Positions 16,499 through 25,741 of a stretch of 40,837 nucleotides of DNA are shown piece after piece. Position 1 is the stretch's first letter. The number at the start of each line of letters is the position of its first letter. The translations under genes were made by a program, and so were the position numbers. This DNA is from Planctomycetota bacterium (lineage in GTDB: Bacteria > Planctomycetota > SZUA-567 > H5-PLA8). The notes under the pieces were generated by a model, which worked only from the letters and a program-made list of their open reading frames with translations, made no database searches and was not told where the DNA came from. The DNA is taken from assembly GCA_045863855.1 (NCBI GenBank), contig BTVV01000050.1, positions 1 to 40,837 on the forward strand, in the 5' to 3' direction.

Positions 16499-17842
16499 TT
16501 ACTTCTCTTTGCCGACCGGACGAACGTTCCCCACGAAGCCTTGAGTCTGAAGCTGCTCGTAGCTGCGCAGTTGGCCCAGATTTTCGGGGCTGGGATCGAT
16601 CTTGACGGCTTCTTGGGCGATGGCGACGGCTTCTTTATAGCGGCGGTTGGAGCGCAGGGCCTCGGCCAAGCCCATGAGGTAGGTCGCGTTTTTCCGGCCG
16701 GTTAGCTTCACGGCCTCTTCGGCGTGCTCTTCGGCCATCATGCGATCGGAGTATTCGGGCGTGTCCTGATTGGCGTAGAGCAAGGCCAAGTTGTAATGGG
16801 CCTGCGCGTTCTTGGGATCGAGGTGCAAGGCGGCGCGGTAGTCGTCCAAGGCCTCTTTGAGCCGGTTGAGCTGCTGGTAGGCGATGCCCCGGTCGTTATA
16901 GCCTTGCGGCGCTTTGGGGCGCAGTTGGATGACTTCGCTCAGCACATCCACGGCGGCTCTCAACTCGCCTCCTTCGAGGTGCGCGCGGCCGAGGTTGTGC
17001 ATCCAGGTCGGATTATCGGGTTCGAGCTGGACGGCTTTAAGGTATGCGCCGGCGGCTTCCTTGTATCCGCCCAAGGCCAGGTAGACGTTGCCCAGCGCGT
17101 TGTGCGAACGCGCGGAACCGGGCCGGGCCTGGATCGCGGCGAGGCAAGCTTCTTCCGCGCGGCGAAATTGTCCCAAGCGCGTGGCGAGCGTGGCCAGATC
17201 GGTGAGGTAGCGTCCGTCCTTGGGCCGCAGCGCGACGGTGCGCTCAAGCTCTTTGTAGCCCTCTTCGGTTTGGCCGGATCGCGCCAAGGCCAGGGCCAGC
17301 CGATACCGCGCTTCGGGATCGTCGGGCCGCGCGGCGACCAGGGGCTGATAAAGCGCCAGGATCGCGGCGTGATCGACGGGCTTTTCTTGCTTCGCGGCTT
17401 TGGCCTTCAATGCCTTCTCGGCATCCAGAGCCGCCTGGAGTTCGGGGGAAACGGTGGCGGACTCCTCCGCCGCAGGGCCTTCGGCTACGGGCGGCGGTGC
17501 GGCTTCGGCGGCGCCTTCTTCGTGGGGCATCGACCAGCCCGGACCGCCGGCGCCGGGCGCGGTGCGCACGGGCTTCTGTCCGGCTTCGGCGGCATCGGGG
17601 GGCAGAGGAGCAGGCACGGAGACGATGGGCGCGAGGGGCGCCGCCTCGCCGGGCGCGCTCTCTTCCTCGGGCAATTCCAGAGGCGCCTCGCGCGGTTTGA
17701 CGGCGTCGGGCTCGACGGGGCGCACCGGCTTGACGGGTTCGATCGAAACGGGTTCGACGGGTTTGGGTTCTTCGCCGAACGCCAAGGAGAGCGAAGCCGC
17801 GGCCAGCAGCGTGAGGTTCAGCCTGACAAAGGCGCGGCGCAT
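16499..17842 (-). CDS. Exported tetratricopeptide-repeat protein
   Basis: Signal peptide, Pro/Glu/Ala linker, multiple TPR units (ARYRLALAL, SHNALGNVY, MHNLGRAH, YNDRGIAY, AHYNLALLY). GGGGAGG RBS. Confidence 0.85.
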   Translation of the reverse strand: MRRAFVRLNLTLLAAASLSLAFGEEPKPVEPVSIEPVKPVRPVEPDAVKPREAPLELPEEESAPGEAAPLAPIVSVPAPLPPDAAEAGQKPVRTAPGAGGPGWSMPHEEGAAEAAPPPVAEGPAAEESATVSPELQAALDAEKALKAKAAKQEKPVDHAAILALYQPLVAARPDDPEARYRLALALARSGQTEEGYKELERTVALRPKDGRYLTDLATLATRLGQFRRAEEACLAAIQARPGSARSHNALGNVYLALGGYKEAAGAYLKAVQLEPDNPTWMHNLGRAHLEGGELRAAVDVLSEVIQLRPKAPQGYNDRGIAYQQLNRLKEALDDYRAALHLDPKNAQAHYNLALLYANQDTPEYSDRMMAEEHAEEAVKLTGRKNATYLMGLAEALRSNRRYKEAVAIAQEAVKIDPSPENLGQLRSYEQLQTQGFVGNVRPVGKEK

Positions 17843-17862
17843 GCGTACTTACCTCCCCAAAC

Positions 17863-17894
17863 GAAACGGGCGCGATCATTGTCGCGCCCGTTTC
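17863..17894. terminator. 13-bp perfect hairpin between the SPOR and TPR genes
   Basis: GAAACGGGCGCGA-tcattg-TCGCGCCCGTTTC. Confidence 0.6.
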
Positions 17895-17923
17895 AAAGGA
17901 TGTAAACAGGAATCCAGCGCCGG

Positions 17924-18799
17924 TCAGTTGCGGCCGGGCTTGGGCGGAATCAGCCAGCTCGGGCGAATCTCGGGCTGGAGGCCGGCCAGTTCGGCGTCTT
18001 CCTTGGCTTTGATGGCATCGTTACGATTGGCGAACTTGCCCACGTGAATCGCATAACGCGGCGTGTCGTAGTTCTTGATCGTTTCGATGCGCACTTCGGC
18101 GTAACCCTTCTGGCGGTAGATATCGGCTTCCTCGAGGGCTTTGGCTTCGTTGGAGAACTGGGCGACTTCGAGCGAGTAGTAGCGCGGTTCGCCGTTTTCT
18201 CCGTTGCCGAGCCAAGAATGCTGGCGGCGCGCTTCTTCGGCGTAGCGCCCGGTGGCGTAGAGTTCGATCACCTTCTTGAACCAGTAGTCGCCGGTCTCGG
18301 GGAAACCCGCCAGCTTGGCGCTCATGCCGAGTTTGAAGAGCACTTCGTCGTGGGCCACGGCCGGATCGTCGCGGTAAACCTCCTCGAGCCAGTGGTACTG
18401 GCGGCTGGCCTTTTGGTAGTTCTGGAGTTCGAAGTTGCAGTCGGCGCGGCCGAGGTGCGCGAGCGCCTTGAGGGTCTTGTCCTTGCTCTCGTCGAGACAG
18501 CGGTCGTGGTGGCGCTTGGCTTCTTCGTAGCGTCCCTGATGAAAGAGGGACTGCCCCATGAGGTAGTGCGCTTCGGGCTGGTAGGGGCTTTCGGCGTTCG
18601 CATCGATCCAGCCCTGCAGCATCGCCTCGGCTTCGCCGGGCTTGTTGGCTCGGATCGAGTCGGCGGCCTGGGCCAGCACCGCGGGCCGGACCAAGGCTTC
18701 CTGGTTCACGGCTTGGGCGGTCTTTTTGTCGCCGCAGCCGGAAGCCAGCAGCAGGCAGGTCAGGATCGGCAGCACGAGCAGCAGCCGGCGGATCGTCAT
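17924..18799 (-). CDS. Lipoprotein with TPR (BamD/CpoB-like) repeats and a C-terminal SPOR domain
   Basis: Lipobox LLASGC, TPR helices (EAHYLMGQSLF, EVLFKLGMS), and SPOR pattern YSLEVAQFSNEAKA...YAIHVGKFANRNDA. Confidence 0.8.
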   Translation of the reverse strand: MTIRRLLLVLPILTCLLLASGCGDKKTAQAVNQEALVRPAVLAQAADSIRANKPGEAEAMLQGWIDANAESPYQPEAHYLMGQSLFHQGRYEEAKRHHDRCLDESKDKTLKALAHLGRADCNFELQNYQKASRQYHWLEEVYRDDPAVAHDEVLFKLGMSAKLAGFPETGDYWFKKVIELYATGRYAEEARRQHSWLGNGENGEPRYYSLEVAQFSNEAKALEEADIYRQKGYAEVRIETIKNYDTPRYAIHVGKFANRNDAIKAKEDAELAGLQPEIRPSWLIPPKPGRN

Positions 18800-19168
18800 G
18801 CGGGACTCCCTTATGTAAGCTTGAACCGTAGCCGTGGCCCGACCGCTCAGGCGCGGCCGAGGCTGGGCATGTTGGCGGTATCGGAATCGGAAGGCCAGAT
18901 GCTGAAGGTATTTGTAGGGGTGGAGCAGGAAGGTCTGGGGAAAGGAGGGCAGAACGGATTCGACCGGGCGGTTGGATGTGCGCGTCGCCGAACCTGAATC
19001 GGGTTTGTTCGGAGAGCCACGGAAGGATTCTTATTCCTTACTTGGCATAGACTTATGCGAATGATGCACATGTTCTACTTGAAACCTTGGCGGCTGGGGG
19101 GTACGAAGGAAGAACAGGCCCTCCATTTTTGTTCGTTCACGTAGCGCGCCAGGGGTGCGGCTCCGGCC

Positions 19169-19717
19169 ATGGTAGACCTTCTCTTTCTGGCGGCAGCGGC
19201 GTTGTGCGTGATTTCCGCGTGCGCCATTGTCACATGCAAGAACCCCGTTTACTCCGTGATCGGGATGCTCCCCTTCTTCCTGGGCATCGCGGGTTTGTTC
19301 GTGCTTCTGGAAGCCACCTTCCTGGCGGCCATGCAGATCATGGTCTACGGCGGCGCGATCCTGGTTGTGTTCCTCTTTGTGATCATGCTGATCCACCTGC
19401 GCCCGGAGGATATCCGGGACGACTTCAGCTTCGGGCGCTACCTGGGCTTGGCGGCGTTGGCGGGGGTGACGGGCGGGGTGATCCTGAGCTTCGTGCGCGC
19501 GGGCGTGCCGCCGGATGGAGAACTGGAGCGCGCCTTTGCCATGGGCATCGGTTCGCGGGAAGGCCAGGAAGCGGTGAGTGGCGGGGTGCTGTTCGGTTCG
19601 GCCGAGAGCATCGGGTTGACGCTTTTCCGGCAGTACGTGATCCCGCTGGAACTGGTCGGGGTGCTGCTGATGGTGGCGATCCTGGGCGCGGTGATTCTGT
19701 CCAAAAAGAAGCTTTGA
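19169..19717 (+). CDS. nuoJ: NADH-quinone oxidoreductase subunit J
   Basis: KNPVYS, AMQIMVYGGAILVVFLFVIML, QYVIPLELVGVLLMVAILGA. Confidence 0.93.
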   Translation: MVDLLFLAAAALCVISACAIVTCKNPVYSVIGMLPFFLGIAGLFVLLEATFLAAMQIMVYGGAILVVFLFVIMLIHLRPEDIRDDFSFGRYLGLAALAGVTGGVILSFVRAGVPPDGELERAFAMGIGSREGQEAVSGGVLFGSAESIGLTLFRQYVIPLELVGVLLMVAILGAVILSKKKL

Positions 19718-19781
19718 TGCGGGTGTGTGCGCGCTCCGCGTGGGGCGAGCCGCGCGGCGATTCGACGAAGGCGATGCGACG

Positions 19782-20177
19782 ATGGACGCAGCTTTAACCC
19801 TGGCCGCTTCGGACTTGGTTCAGTGGCTGGGTAATCTGCTGACGTTCCGGCTGGCGTCGTGCCTGGCGCTGTCGGGCGCGTTGTTCGCCATTGGCGCGTG
19901 GGGCGTGCTGGCGCGCCGGAACATCCTGTTGGTGCTGATCAGCGTCGAATTAATGCTTAACGCGGTGATGCTGGCGTTCGTGGCTTTCGCGCGGGCGCAC
20001 GTCAATCTGGCCAAAGAGACGGGCCAGCCGTACGCGGGCGAATCGGGACAGATTTTCGCGCTGACGATCATCGCGCTGGCGGCTGCGGAAGCCGCGGTGG
20101 GCTTGGCGATCGTGATCGCCTACTTCCGCAACCGGCAGACGGTGGACACGCGCGACATCAGCTTGATGCGGCATTGA
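19782..20177 (+). CDS. nuoK: NADH-quinone oxidoreductase subunit K
   Basis: RRNILLVLISVELMLNAV, GQIFAL, AAAEAAVGLAI. ATG 19782 chosen as start. Confidence 0.93.
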   Translation: MDAALTLAASDLVQWLGNLLTFRLASCLALSGALFAIGAWGVLARRNILLVLISVELMLNAVMLAFVAFARAHVNLAKETGQPYAGESGQIFALTIIALAAAEAAVGLAIVIAYFRNRQTVDTRDISLMRH

Positions 20178-20250
20178 GGCTTCGGTCCTGCGCCGCTCCG
20201 CCCGGCGCCAGGACGATCGAACGGCGGACTAGAGACGGCCGGATTCACGC

Positions 20251-22491
20251 ATGGACGGATTGCAATTTTTAGTGAGCTGGCTTCCGGAATGGCTGCGCGA
20301 GCCGGGACGCTTTTATGCGTTCTACGCCGAAACGCTGTACTTGATTCCGCTGCTTCCGTTCGTGGGCTTCCTGATCAACGCGTTCGGGCGCAAGTCGATC
20401 TCTCGCGCCGCCAGCGGCGCGGTGGCGACTCTGGCCGCGTTCGGGGCTTTCTTCTGGGCGTTCCTGAGCTTCTGCGCCACGCTGGGTCCGGCGGACACCG
20501 GGCCGTCGGGCAGCGAGATCGAGTTTCCGGCGCGCGCGCTGCATGCGATCTACGCCGACTGGATTTCGGTGGGCGGCTTCTCCTGTTCGTTCGGCTTCTA
20601 CCTGGACCAGTTGAGCGGTGTGATGACGCTGGTCATCACCGGCGTCGGCACGCTGATCCATCTGTACAGCATGGGCTACATGGCCCACGACAAGGCTTTC
20701 GCGCGCTACTTCTGCTACCTCAACCTGTTCCTCTTTTCGATGCTCCTGCTGGTGCTGGGCGACAATCTGGTGCTGCTCTTCGTCGGCTGGGAAGGCGTGG
20801 GATTGTGCAGCTACCTCCTGATCGGTTTCTGGTACGAGGATGCGGCCAAAGCGGCCGCGGGAATGAAGGCGTTTGTCTTCAACCGGGTGGGCGACTTGGG
20901 CTTCCTGCTGGGCATCTTCGTGCTGGTGGCGGTCTTCGGCACGGTGAATTTCGTGAGCACGCCGGTGAAGGTGGGGACGCGGAATTTCCCCAGCGAGCCG
21001 AATCGGGTGGAGCGCGCCGAAGCGGATGAAGGCGAGGCGGCGCCCGGGCAGGTTCAGGTGATCCTGCCCGATCATCCGGGTTTGTTGAACTACGCGCACG
21101 CCGTCCGGGTGCTTTCCGGCGGCAAGGGCCTTTCGGCCAACCTGCCGCTGGATTACGACGCCGCCAAGTACGGGCGCGGCAACCTGAATCTCTCGGACAA
21201 GCTGGGTTCGAGCGTCTTTCCGAACGGGACGGTGGGCTTCGCGCTGGCGCTGGCCTGCCTGCTGCTGTTCGTCGGCGCGTGCGGCAAATCGGCGCAGTTG
21301 CCGCTGTACGCGTGGCTGCCCGACGCGATGGCCGGCCCCACGCCCGTCAGCGCGCTGATCCACGCCGCGACGATGGTGACGGCCGGCGTGTACATGGTTG
21401 CGCGGCTGAGTTCTCTTTTCGCTTTCAGCGAGACGGTGCTTTCGGCAATCGCGATCGTGGGCGGCGTGACGGCGATCTTCGCGGCGCTTTGCGGATTGAC
21501 CCAGACGGACATCAAGAAAGTGCTCGCGTACTCCACCGTCTCGCAGTTGGGCTACATGTTCCTGGCGGCGGGCGTCGGAGCCTTCGGCCTCGCGATCTTC
21601 CACGTGGTGACGCACGCATTCTTCAAGGCGCTGCTGTTCCTGGGCGCGGGCAGCGTGATTCACGGGATGTCCGAAGAGCAGGATCTGCGCAAGATGGGCG
21701 GGCTGCGGCACAAGATGCCGATCACGTTCTGGACGATGCTGATCGGCAGCGCGGCGCTGGCCGGCGTGCCTTTCACCGCGGGCTGGTACAGCAAAGACCA
21801 GATTCTCGGGGCGCTGCTGGCGCGCTACGAGCACGATCACCAGACGGTGTTCCTGATCCTGTACGTGCTGGCGCTGGCGGGCGCGTTCTGCACGGCGTTC
21901 TACACCTTCCGGCTGATGGGCCTGGCTTTCTTCGGGACGTCGCGCGCGAGCGAAGAGACTCAGCACCACATCCACGAGTCGCCGCCGGTGATGACGGTTC
22001 CGCTGGTGATCCTGGCGATTTTCTCGGCGATCGGGGGCGTCTGGTTCGGGAGCGGCGTGAATTTGCCGGAGTTCCTGGGCTTGCCCGAGCCGAGCTTCGA
22101 CCTGCACCACGGCCACACGTTAAATCTGATCCTGGCCGGCGTCGCGGCGTTCGGCGGCATTGGACTGGCGCTGCTGCTGTACGTGCAGCAAGGCAAGCTA
22201 CCCAAGCCGGAAGCCGAGCAGGGCCCGCTGTACCGGTTGAGCAAGGAACGGTTTTACATCGAACGCTTTTACGACCAGGTGGTGTGCGGCGGCTTCGCGC
22301 TCTTCGCGGAAGTGCTGCACCTGCTGGTGGACGTGATCCTGATCGACACGCTGCTGGTGTACGGAGCGGGCGGGCTGGTGCGCTGGATCGCCGGCCTCAT
22401 GCGCAAGCTGCAGTCGGGCGTGGTGAACGCTTACGCGGCCGGCATTCTGATCGGCGCGTTGGTGGTGCTGTACAAGCTGCTGCACGGGTAG
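20251..22491 (+). CDS. nuoL: NADH-quinone oxidoreductase subunit L
   Basis: GWEGVGLCSYLLIGFW, GKSAQLPLYAWLPDAMAGPTPVSALIHAATMV, DIKKVLAYSTVSQLG, THAFFKALLFL. Confidence 0.95.
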   Translation: MDGLQFLVSWLPEWLREPGRFYAFYAETLYLIPLLPFVGFLINAFGRKSISRAASGAVATLAAFGAFFWAFLSFCATLGPADTGPSGSEIEFPARALHAIYADWISVGGFSCSFGFYLDQLSGVMTLVITGVGTLIHLYSMGYMAHDKAFARYFCYLNLFLFSMLLLVLGDNLVLLFVGWEGVGLCSYLLIGFWYEDAAKAAAGMKAFVFNRVGDLGFLLGIFVLVAVFGTVNFVSTPVKVGTRNFPSEPNRVERAEADEGEAAPGQVQVILPDHPGLLNYAHAVRVLSGGKGLSANLPLDYDAAKYGRGNLNLSDKLGSSVFPNGTVGFALALACLLLFVGACGKSAQLPLYAWLPDAMAGPTPVSALIHAATMVTAGVYMVARLSSLFAFSETVLSAIAIVGGVTAIFAALCGLTQTDIKKVLAYSTVSQLGYMFLAAGVGAFGLAIFHVVTHAFFKALLFLGAGSVIHGMSEEQDLRKMGGLRHKMPITFWTMLIGSAALAGVPFTAGWYSKDQILGALLARYEHDHQTVFLILYVLALAGAFCTAFYTFRLMGLAFFGTSRASEETQHHIHESPPVMTVPLVILAIFSAIGGVWFGSGVNLPEFLGLPEPSFDLHHGHTLNLILAGVAAFGGIGLALLLYVQQGKLPKPEAEQGPLYRLSKERFYIERFYDQVVCGGFALFAEVLHLLVDVILIDTLLVYGAGGLVRWIAGLMRKLQSGVVNAYAAGILIGALVVLYKLLHG

Positions 22492-22528
22492 GCGTGCCGT
22501 TTAAGGGGAAGGCCGCGGAAACGGGGCC

Positions 22529-24151
22529 TTGGAATCACTAGCGATGCTTCTGACGGCGTTGATTCTGCTTCCGTTGCTGGGCGCGATCCCGCTCCTGATC
22601 GTGCGCGATAACAACGCGCGCGAGATCAAGGTGTGGGCCATCATGATTTCGGTCCTGACCTTCCTGATCTCGCTGCCGCTGTACTTCAACTACGACCCGG
22701 ACGGCGAACTTTTTCAATTCGTCGAACTGTACCGCTGGTTCAGCCTGCAGGGGCTGCGCGCGCGTTTCAGCCTGGGCGTGGACGGTATTTCGGCGCTGCT
22801 GATCGTGCTCACCACGTTCATCATGCCGATCGCGCTGCTGGGAAGCTGGAACTACATTAAGGATCGCCAGAAGGAATTTTACCTCTGCATGCTGGTGCTC
22901 GAGACGGCCATGATCGGCGTCTTCGCGGCGCAGGATCTGTTCCTCTTCTTCGTCTTTTTCGAAGCGAGCCTGATTCCGATGTACCTGTTGATCGGGATCT
23001 GGGGCGGCGACAATTGCATCTACGCGACGACGAAGTTCGTGCTCTATACGGTCTTCGGCAGCCTGCTGATGTTCGTCGCGATCCTGTTCGTCTACCACGA
23101 GAGCGGGGCCGCTCATTTCGGCATCATGCACCTGACGGAGCAGTTGGCGCAGCTTCGCGAAACCGGTGAGTTGTCGCGCGCCGAGGAATTCTGGTGCTTC
23201 TGGGCCTTCGCGCTGGCCTTCGCGATCAAGCTCCCGCTGTGGCCGCTACACACGTGGCTGCCCGACGCGCACGTCGAAGCGCCAACGCCGGGTTCGGTGG
23301 TTCTGGCCGCGGTGCTGCTGAAGATGGGCGGTTACGGGTTCCTGCGCTTGGTGGTCCCGTTCTTCCCCATGGCCAGCGAGGCGTATGCGCCGTTGCTGAT
23401 GGTGCTGTGCATCGTGGGGATCATCTACGGCAGCTTGATGGCGTTCACCCAGAAGGACATGAAGAAGCTGATCGCGTACAGTTCGGTCGCGCACCTGGGA
23501 ACGTGCATGCTGGGGATTTTCAGTTTCACGGTGGTGGGCGTTCAGGGCGGGGCGTACCAGATGCTCAACCACGGCATCTCGACGGGCGCGCTCTTTTTGC
23601 TCGTGGGCATGCTGTACGAGCGCACGCACACGCGGATGATCGACTACTACGGCGGGATCGCCAAGATCGTGCCGGTCTTCACGGTCTGCTTCGTGCTGGT
23701 GACGCTCTCGAGCATCGGTCTGCCGCTGACCAACGGTTTCGTGGGCGAGTTCACCTGCCTGATGGGCGCGTTCCAGCGCAACCCTTGGTTCGGCGTATTC
23801 GGCGGACTGGGCGTGGTACTGGGCGCGGTGTACATGCTTTATCTGGTCAAGCGCGTCTTCTTCGGGAAAGTGATCCGGCAAAGCAACGAGCACTTGGCGG
23901 ACATCGGCGGGCGCGAGATGGCGCTGATCCTGCCGCTGCTGGCGATGATCTTCGTGATGGGCATCGCGCCGAATCCGTTCTTCCGGCGCATGCAGCCCGC
24001 CGTGGAGGAGTACCTGCGGCTCTCGAAGGCGCATAGGCCTGCGCCAGCGGCGCCGGCTCCGCGCACCGTGGCCGCGCGTCCCGCGCCGGCGGCGCCGGCT
24101 CCCGTCCCGCAGGATGCGACCGAACTTCCCGCCGTGGGGAACGAACCGTGA
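22529..24151 (+). CDS. nuoM: NADH-quinone oxidoreductase subunit M
   Basis: LGVDGIS, FAIKLPLWPLHTWLPDAHVEAPT, LLKMGGYG, DMKKLIAYSSVAH, NGFVGEF. TTG start, with ATG 22544 as an alternative. Confidence 0.95.
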   Translation: MESLAMLLTALILLPLLGAIPLLIVRDNNAREIKVWAIMISVLTFLISLPLYFNYDPDGELFQFVELYRWFSLQGLRARFSLGVDGISALLIVLTTFIMPIALLGSWNYIKDRQKEFYLCMLVLETAMIGVFAAQDLFLFFVFFEASLIPMYLLIGIWGGDNCIYATTKFVLYTVFGSLLMFVAILFVYHESGAAHFGIMHLTEQLAQLRETGELSRAEEFWCFWAFALAFAIKLPLWPLHTWLPDAHVEAPTPGSVVLAAVLLKMGGYGFLRLVVPFFPMASEAYAPLLMVLCIVGIIYGSLMAFTQKDMKKLIAYSSVAHLGTCMLGIFSFTVVGVQGGAYQMLNHGISTGALFLLVGMLYERTHTRMIDYYGGIAKIVPVFTVCFVLVTLSSIGLPLTNGFVGEFTCLMGAFQRNPWFGVFGGLGVVLGAVYMLYLVKRVFFGKVIRQSNEHLADIGGREMALILPLLAMIFVMGIAPNPFFRRMQPAVEEYLRLSKAHRPAPAAPAPRTVAARPAPAAPAPVPQDATELPAVGNEP

Positions 24152-25677
24152 ACTGGTCCGAACTGAGCGAACTGCTACCCGTAGGTGTGGTGCTGGCCGC
24201 GGCGCTGGTGGTGGTCTTCCTGGATCTGGTGATCGCGCATAAGGACCGCTACGCGCTGCCGATGGTGGCGCTGGCCGGATGCGTGCTGGGGCTGGGTTCT
24301 CTGATTCAGAACTATCTGTCGCTGGCGACCTACTACAAGCAGTCGCCGCCGTGGTTCTCCGGCGCGGCGGAAACGGCGGCGGGCGCGTTTAACCCGCTGA
24401 TCCTGGGCGGCCATTTCTCGATCGATCTTTTCGGTTTCGCGGTGGCTGGGGTGGCGCTGCTGGCCGGCGCGCTATCGGTGCTGTCCAGCGCGCACGAGGA
24501 AGACGATTCGGCGCTTTCGTCGGGCGAATACTACGGCCTGATTCTGCTGGCGGTGGCGGGGATGATGCTGCTGGGCTTCGCGCACGATTTCCTGACGCTG
24601 CTGGTGAGCCTGGAGGTCATGTCGATCTCGACGTACATCCTGGCGGGATCGCGGCGCGATCTGAAGTCCGGTGAGGCGGCGTTGAAGTATCTCGTGCTGG
24701 GCGCGTTCAGCACGGCTTTCCTGATGATGGGCATCGCGTTCATCTACGGCGCGACGGGCAAGCTGAGTCTTTCGGAGGTGTTGATCCCGTCGGAGCAACT
24801 GGTCTCTTCGGCGTTCCTGATTCGCGGCGGGCTGGCGTTGCTGCTGGTGGGGGTGCTCTTCAAGGTCGGCGCGGCGCCGTTCCACTTCTGGATTCCCGAC
24901 GTGTACGAAGGCGCGCCCACGGGCGTCACGGGCTTGATGGCGACGGGCGTGAAGGCCGCGGCCTTCGCGGTGCTGGGCCGGCTGGCCTTCGAGACCTTCG
25001 GGCCGCGCTACGCGCACGACTGGGCGTGGCTCTTCGCGGCGGCGGCGGTCCTGACGATGGCCGTAGGCAATTTCATGGCGCTGCGGCAGGAAAACGTGAA
25101 GCGGATGCTGGCGTACTCGGGGATCGCGCACACGGGTTATCTGCTGCTGGGTTTCCTGGTCAGTCCGAACGCGGACGGGATCATGCTGGCCGACCAGCTT
25201 CAAAACGCGGTCTTCTACCTGCTGGCGTACGCGCTGATGACGCTGGGCGCATTCGGAGTGGTGGGCTTGGTGCGCGAAGACGGCCGGCGGCTGGAGCGGC
25301 TCGAGGATTTCGCGGGGCTCTCCAAGGAGCATCCGGGGCTGGCGCTGTGCATGGCGATGTTCATGTTCTCGCTGGCCGGGCTGCCGCCGTTCGCGGGCTT
25401 CTTCGCGAAGTTCCTGGTCTTCAAGAGCGCGGTGGATGCCGGTTATGTGCTGCCCGCGGTGCTGGGCGTGCTGACGAGCGTGGCGAGCATGGCGTACTAC
25501 CTGCGCGTGGTCCGCGCGATGTACGTCGATCCGGTGCGCGCCACGAAGCCCGGCGAAGCGCCCGTTGGCGCGCGCTGCCGGTACTCCTGGACCACGAACC
25601 TGCTCATTTACGGCGCGGGGCTGGCCACCATCCTGCTGGGCCTCTTTCCGAGCGGTCCGACGTTCCTGCTGCGCTGA
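24148..25677 (+). CDS. nuoN: NADH-quinone oxidoreductase subunit N
   Basis: EAALKYLVLG, FKVGAAPFHFWIPDVYEGAP, KRMLAYSGIAH, SLAGLPPFAGFFAK. GTGA overlap with the nuoM stop. Confidence 0.95.
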   Translation: MNWSELSELLPVGVVLAAALVVVFLDLVIAHKDRYALPMVALAGCVLGLGSLIQNYLSLATYYKQSPPWFSGAAETAAGAFNPLILGGHFSIDLFGFAVAGVALLAGALSVLSSAHEEDDSALSSGEYYGLILLAVAGMMLLGFAHDFLTLLVSLEVMSISTYILAGSRRDLKSGEAALKYLVLGAFSTAFLMMGIAFIYGATGKLSLSEVLIPSEQLVSSAFLIRGGLALLLVGVLFKVGAAPFHFWIPDVYEGAPTGVTGLMATGVKAAAFAVLGRLAFETFGPRYAHDWAWLFAAAAVLTMAVGNFMALRQENVKRMLAYSGIAHTGYLLLGFLVSPNADGIMLADQLQNAVFYLLAYALMTLGAFGVVGLVREDGRRLERLEDFAGLSKEHPGLALCMAMFMFSLAGLPPFAGFFAKFLVFKSAVDAGYVLPAVLGVLTSVASMAYYLRVVRAMYVDPVRATKPGEAPVGARCRYSWTTNLLIYGAGLATILLGLFPSGPTFLLR

Positions 25678-25741
25678 AGCCGTAGCGGCTTTCACGCAAC
25701 CTATCCTTTCCCCTGGCTGCGCGAGTTGGTAAAAGGGCGCC

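Noticed and set aside
19042..19058. TTGGCATAGACTTATGC as a sigma54 promoter for nuoJ
   Set aside because: GG-to-GC spacing is 11 nt rather than the strict 10.
18800..19168. Long intergenic region as an ncRNA or riboswitch
   Set aside because: I could not recognise any conserved RNA motif by eye. An Rfam/Infernal scan would be needed.
20251..25677. Mrp antiporter or hydrogenase membrane module instead of Nuo
   Set aside because: The J-K-L-M-N order and subunit-specific motifs match complex I. No MrpE/F/G or hydrogenase subunits are present.
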